A program made the position numbers and the translations under genes. From Nitrososphaerota archaeon (GTDB lineage: Archaea > Thermoproteota > Nitrososphaeria > Nitrososphaerales > UBA57): a stretch of 8,219 bases of DNA. The DNA lies in NCBI GenBank assembly GCA_013306035.1, contig JABUBF010000014.1:21884-30102 (forward strand), written 5' to 3'. The notes beneath the pieces are model-generated. The model was not told the DNA's origin. It ran no database searches and saw nothing but the letters and a program-made list of their open reading frames with translations. Positions 6,245 to 8,219 of this stretch are shown here, in pieces. Position 1 is the first letter of the stretch. The number at the start of each line of letters is the position of its first letter.

Positions 6245-7909
6245 CAGTATCAAGGAGTTATTGTGTCAGATACATATACTTTCAATGGTTCTAATAACAA
6301 CAAAGAGAATGTGAATTGGGGAGAAGCAAATTTAACTCTTCGAAGATTAGTTAATCAAGCTTATTCAGATGGAATATCAGAATTATCAAATAAAGGCAAT
6401 CCGAATGCGAGAGTCATAAGCAATACAGTATGTGATCAACAACCAGACTCAGATATTATTGATGAAAGGAATTTATCAGATATGAATTGGGTATGGGGTC
6501 AATTCATCTCTCATGACATAGATTTTACGCCTACGGCAGTTTTTGATCCAAGATTACGAAGTTTAGAAAGAATTCAGATTATTGCACCAGAAAATGATCC
6601 ATATTATCGAGAAAACCAAACAATGATGTCAGTATTTCGGAGCCTATATGACGTAAGAACAGGATTTGCGATAGATAATAATCGTGAGCAGATAAACATA
6701 GTTACGCCTTGGTTGGATGGTAGTGTAATATATGGAACTTCAGAAAACCGTGCAAACGAATTAAGGACATTTGAAGGAGGCAAATTAATTACAATAGAGC
6801 ACAAGAATGGAGATTTATTACAGTTAGCCCCTGCAAATTCAATAGAAAAACAACGAGTAAGAGGTTTGGCGTTCTTTTCAGGCGATATAAGAGCAAATGA
6901 GAATATTGCACTTACAGCAGTTAATACGTTGTTTGTAAGAGAACATAATCGCATTGCTGAAGAAATACTTAACGACAATCCCGAATTTAGTGATGAAGAG
7001 ATATTTCAAATGGCAAGAAAGATAAACACAGCAATAATCCAATCAATAACATATAATGAATTCATTCCATCACTAGGGATTGAACTAGAACCATATAACA
7101 CATATGATAAATCAGTGAATCCACAAATATCGCATTTGTTTTCTGTTGTAGCATTTAGAATTGGACATAGTCAAATAGGAGAACAATTCGTTCTAGTCAA
7201 TGAAACAGGCATAAATCAAATGGTTGCAATGGAAGATGGATTTTTCAATCCGTCAATTATTCAGAAACATGGAATTGATTCAATAATAAATGGCGTGGTT
7301 GTAACAAAGCAACAAGCGAATGACATATATTACCACAATAGTATAAGGAACTTTTTATTTGGCGAACCTCAAAGGGGAGGTTTAGATTTATGTGTATTAG
7401 ACATCATAAGAGCAAGAGATCACGGAATACCAGATTACAACTCAGTACGAAAAGAAATCGGATTGATGCCTGTAGCGGGATTTGATGAAATAAATTCAGA
7501 TCAAGAAGTAATTAGACGATTAAGTCAAACTTATAGAAATGTTGATGAATTAGATCCGATTATTGGGATATTAGCAGAAGAACATGTAGAGGATTCAACA
7601 CTAGGAGAAACTGGATATTACATAATTAAAGAACAATTTGAAAGAATAAGAGATGGAGATCGTTTATTCTATTTGAACGACCCTGACTTGGAAGATTTAA
7701 GAGAAGATATTTCAAACACTAGATTATCAGATGTTATTAAAAGGAATACAAGAATTGATAATGTGCCAGACAACGTATTTTTTGTATCTGAAATCAAGAA
7801 TAATAATTTAAGAACTGATAATCAAATTACATTTGCGTACGTCGCGGTATTTTTGATAGTGGTTTTCGCCATTTATGCGCAGCAGAAAAGTAGTAGAATA
7901 TCAAAATAA
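6182..7909 (+). CDS. Animal-type haem peroxidase (peroxidase-cyclooxygenase superfamily, PF03098-like), secreted and C-terminally membrane-anchored
   Basis: 575 aa. Family motifs in canonical order: FNGSNNN..NWGEAN..R...AYSDG...PNARVISN, WGQFISHDIDFT (distal Gln/His), VTPWLDGSVIYG (Ca site), GDIRANENIALTAVNTLFVREHNRIA (catalytic Arg, haem-link Glu), AFRIGHS (proximal His), LDIIRARDHGIPDYNSVR, RDGDRLFY. N-terminal Sec-type signal MKRLIILIISLLILLPSFALG|Q. C-terminal TM plus basic tail. Confidence 0.9.
   Translation: MKRLIILIISLLILLPSFALGQYQGVIVSDTYTFNGSNNNKENVNWGEANLTLRRLVNQAYSDGISELSNKGNPNARVISNTVCDQQPDSDIIDERNLSDMNWVWGQFISHDIDFTPTAVFDPRLRSLERIQIIAPENDPYYRENQTMMSVFRSLYDVRTGFAIDNNREQINIVTPWLDGSVIYGTSENRANELRTFEGGKLITIEHKNGDLLQLAPANSIEKQRVRGLAFFSGDIRANENIALTAVNTLFVREHNRIAEEILNDNPEFSDEEIFQMARKINTAIIQSITYNEFIPSLGIELEPYNTYDKSVNPQISHLFSVVAFRIGHSQIGEQFVLVNETGINQMVAMEDGFFNPSIIQKHGIDSIINGVVVTKQQANDIYYHNSIRNFLFGEPQRGGLDLCVLDIIRARDHGIPDYNSVRKEIGLMPVAGFDEINSDQEVIRRLSQTYRNVDELDPIIGILAEEHVEDSTLGETGYYIIKEQFERIRDGDRLFYLNDPDLEDLREDISNTRLSDVIKRNTRIDNVPDNVFFVSEIKNNNLRTDNQITFAYVAVFLIVVFAIYAQQKSSRISK
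7826..7879 (+). other. C-terminal transmembrane anchor of the peroxidase
   Basis: Residues 549-566, ITFAYVAVFLIVVFAIYA, followed by QQKSSRISK (positive-inside tail) and the stop. Confidence 0.7.
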
Positions 7910-7917
7910 CAAGTTAT

Positions 7918-7925
7918 CTATATAT
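7918..7925 (+). promoter_or_regulatory. TATA-like box (ctatatat) for the SRP RNA gene
   Basis: Lies 9 nt after the peroxidase stop. Applying the 22-23 nt spacing seen at the mRNA genes puts the RNA 5' end at about 7947-7949, exactly where composition switches to GC-rich (ggcaacaggtaggg...). Confidence 0.4.
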
Positions 7926-7946
7926 CATGAAAATAATTACAACAAT

Positions 7947-8219
7947 GGCAACAGGTAGGGTTGGAGGGATAGCCGTCCTCCTCGCTGAAACCGGCTATAC
8001 GCAGCACCAGTAACCAGTGGTTAAAGTATAATTTTCAGGTACCTGCCATCTTGCTTGAATGAAATCACGCCGTGATTGGTGGTCACAAGAGATAGCTATT
8101 TCGAAGGAAATAGTGATTCTTCAACTACTGAAACCGGACAGGTCCGGGAGGGAGCATCCGTATAGTGGGGTGGTTGCGCTTTCACGTCTACGTGAATGAC
8201 TTTGTAGGATTGGAAAAGG
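7947..8219 (+). ncRNA. ffs: Signal recognition particle RNA (archaeal 7S RNA), 3' end beyond the window; 5' end +/-10 nt
   Basis: GC-rich island with no long ORF. Helix 8 at 8135-8160 reads CGGA-CAGG-UCC-GGGA-GGG-AGCA-UCCG: a GNRA tetraloop, a CAGG/AGCA symmetric loop and a closing 4-bp stem. It is nearly identical to the E. coli 4.5S core CAGGUCCGGAAGGAAGCAG as I recall it. Helix 6-like hairpin at 8095-8114 (CUAUUUC-GAAG-GAAAUAG, GNAR loop). Helix 5 pairing of 8063-8077 (AAUCACG-C-CGUGAUU) with 8180-8197 (UUUCACG-UCUA-CGUGAAU). About 190 nt precede helix 8, as in ~300-nt archaeal SRP RNAs. Confidence 0.85.

Noticed and set aside
1511-6978. Other listed ORFs 1511-1738(-), 2008-2214(+), 3183-3536(-), 3475-3765(-), 4888-5145(-), 5803-6069(-), 6604-6978(-)
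   Set aside because: Each lies wholly inside, and antisense or out of frame to, a gene with clear family motifs. Their products are low-complexity and Leu/Ile/Phe/Ser-rich, as expected for shadow frames of AT-rich coding DNA. None has a recognisable motif.
7927-8013. 28-codon ORF MKIITTMATGRVGGIAVLLAETGYTQHQ*
   Set aside because: It starts only 1 nt after the TATA-like box (7918-7925) and runs into the GC-rich structured region that carries the SRP RNA signatures. It has no independent support.
7947-8219. RNase P RNA as an alternative identity (gcugaaaccggcua resembles the CR-V motif ACAGAA.CCGGCUUA)
   Set aside because: There is no CR-I motif (GAGGAAAGUCC) on either strand, and the resemblance sits near the 5' end rather than the 3' end. 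The helix 8 and helix 6 SRP signatures are far more specific.
1-8219. Mobile element, genomic island or defence locus
   Set aside because: I found no integrase, transposase, tRNA attachment site, flanking direct or inverted repeats or nuclease/ATPase-type defence genes. By eye, composition is uniform apart from the SRP RNA gene. The peroxidase pair has the same AT-rich character as its housekeeping neighbours.

Overview
AT-rich archaeal chromosomal segment. Glycerol-1-phosphate dehydrogenase, aIF6, prefoldin alpha, an archaeal-type FtsY and an SRP (7S) RNA make the domain assignment firm. The low GC (about one third by eye), short spacers and gene content resemble a marine ammonia-oxidising thaumarchaeon (Nitrosopumilus-like), but that is inference, not a search result. 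I support nine protein genes. On the left are a 5'-truncated FKBP-type PPIase with a perfect in-frame 18-bp x 8.6 tandem repeat ((DDSVSQ)n tail), a convergent egsA, and a DUF4186 gene. On the + strand follow aIF6, prefoldin alpha, ftsY (overlapping pfdA; I move its start to ATG 3557) and ornithine carbamoyltransferase. Last comes a tightly linked pair: a twin-arginine-signal orphan protein and a signal-peptide, C-terminally anchored animal-type haem peroxidase. The final ~270 nt are non-coding and visibly GC-richer. They carry the SRP RNA helix 6 (GNAR loop) and helix 8 (GNRA loop plus AGCA symmetric loop) signatures, so I call an SRP RNA whose 3' end lies beyond the window. I see no mobile element, CRISPR array, integrase or recognisable defence gene. 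The most unusual content is the exported Tat-protein/haem-peroxidase module next to housekeeping genes. Secondary points are the perfect coding VNTR, two divergent genes forced to start at TTG, and a constant 22-23 nt TATA-to-start spacing implying leaderless transcripts. All remaining six-frame ORFs look like shadow ORFs.
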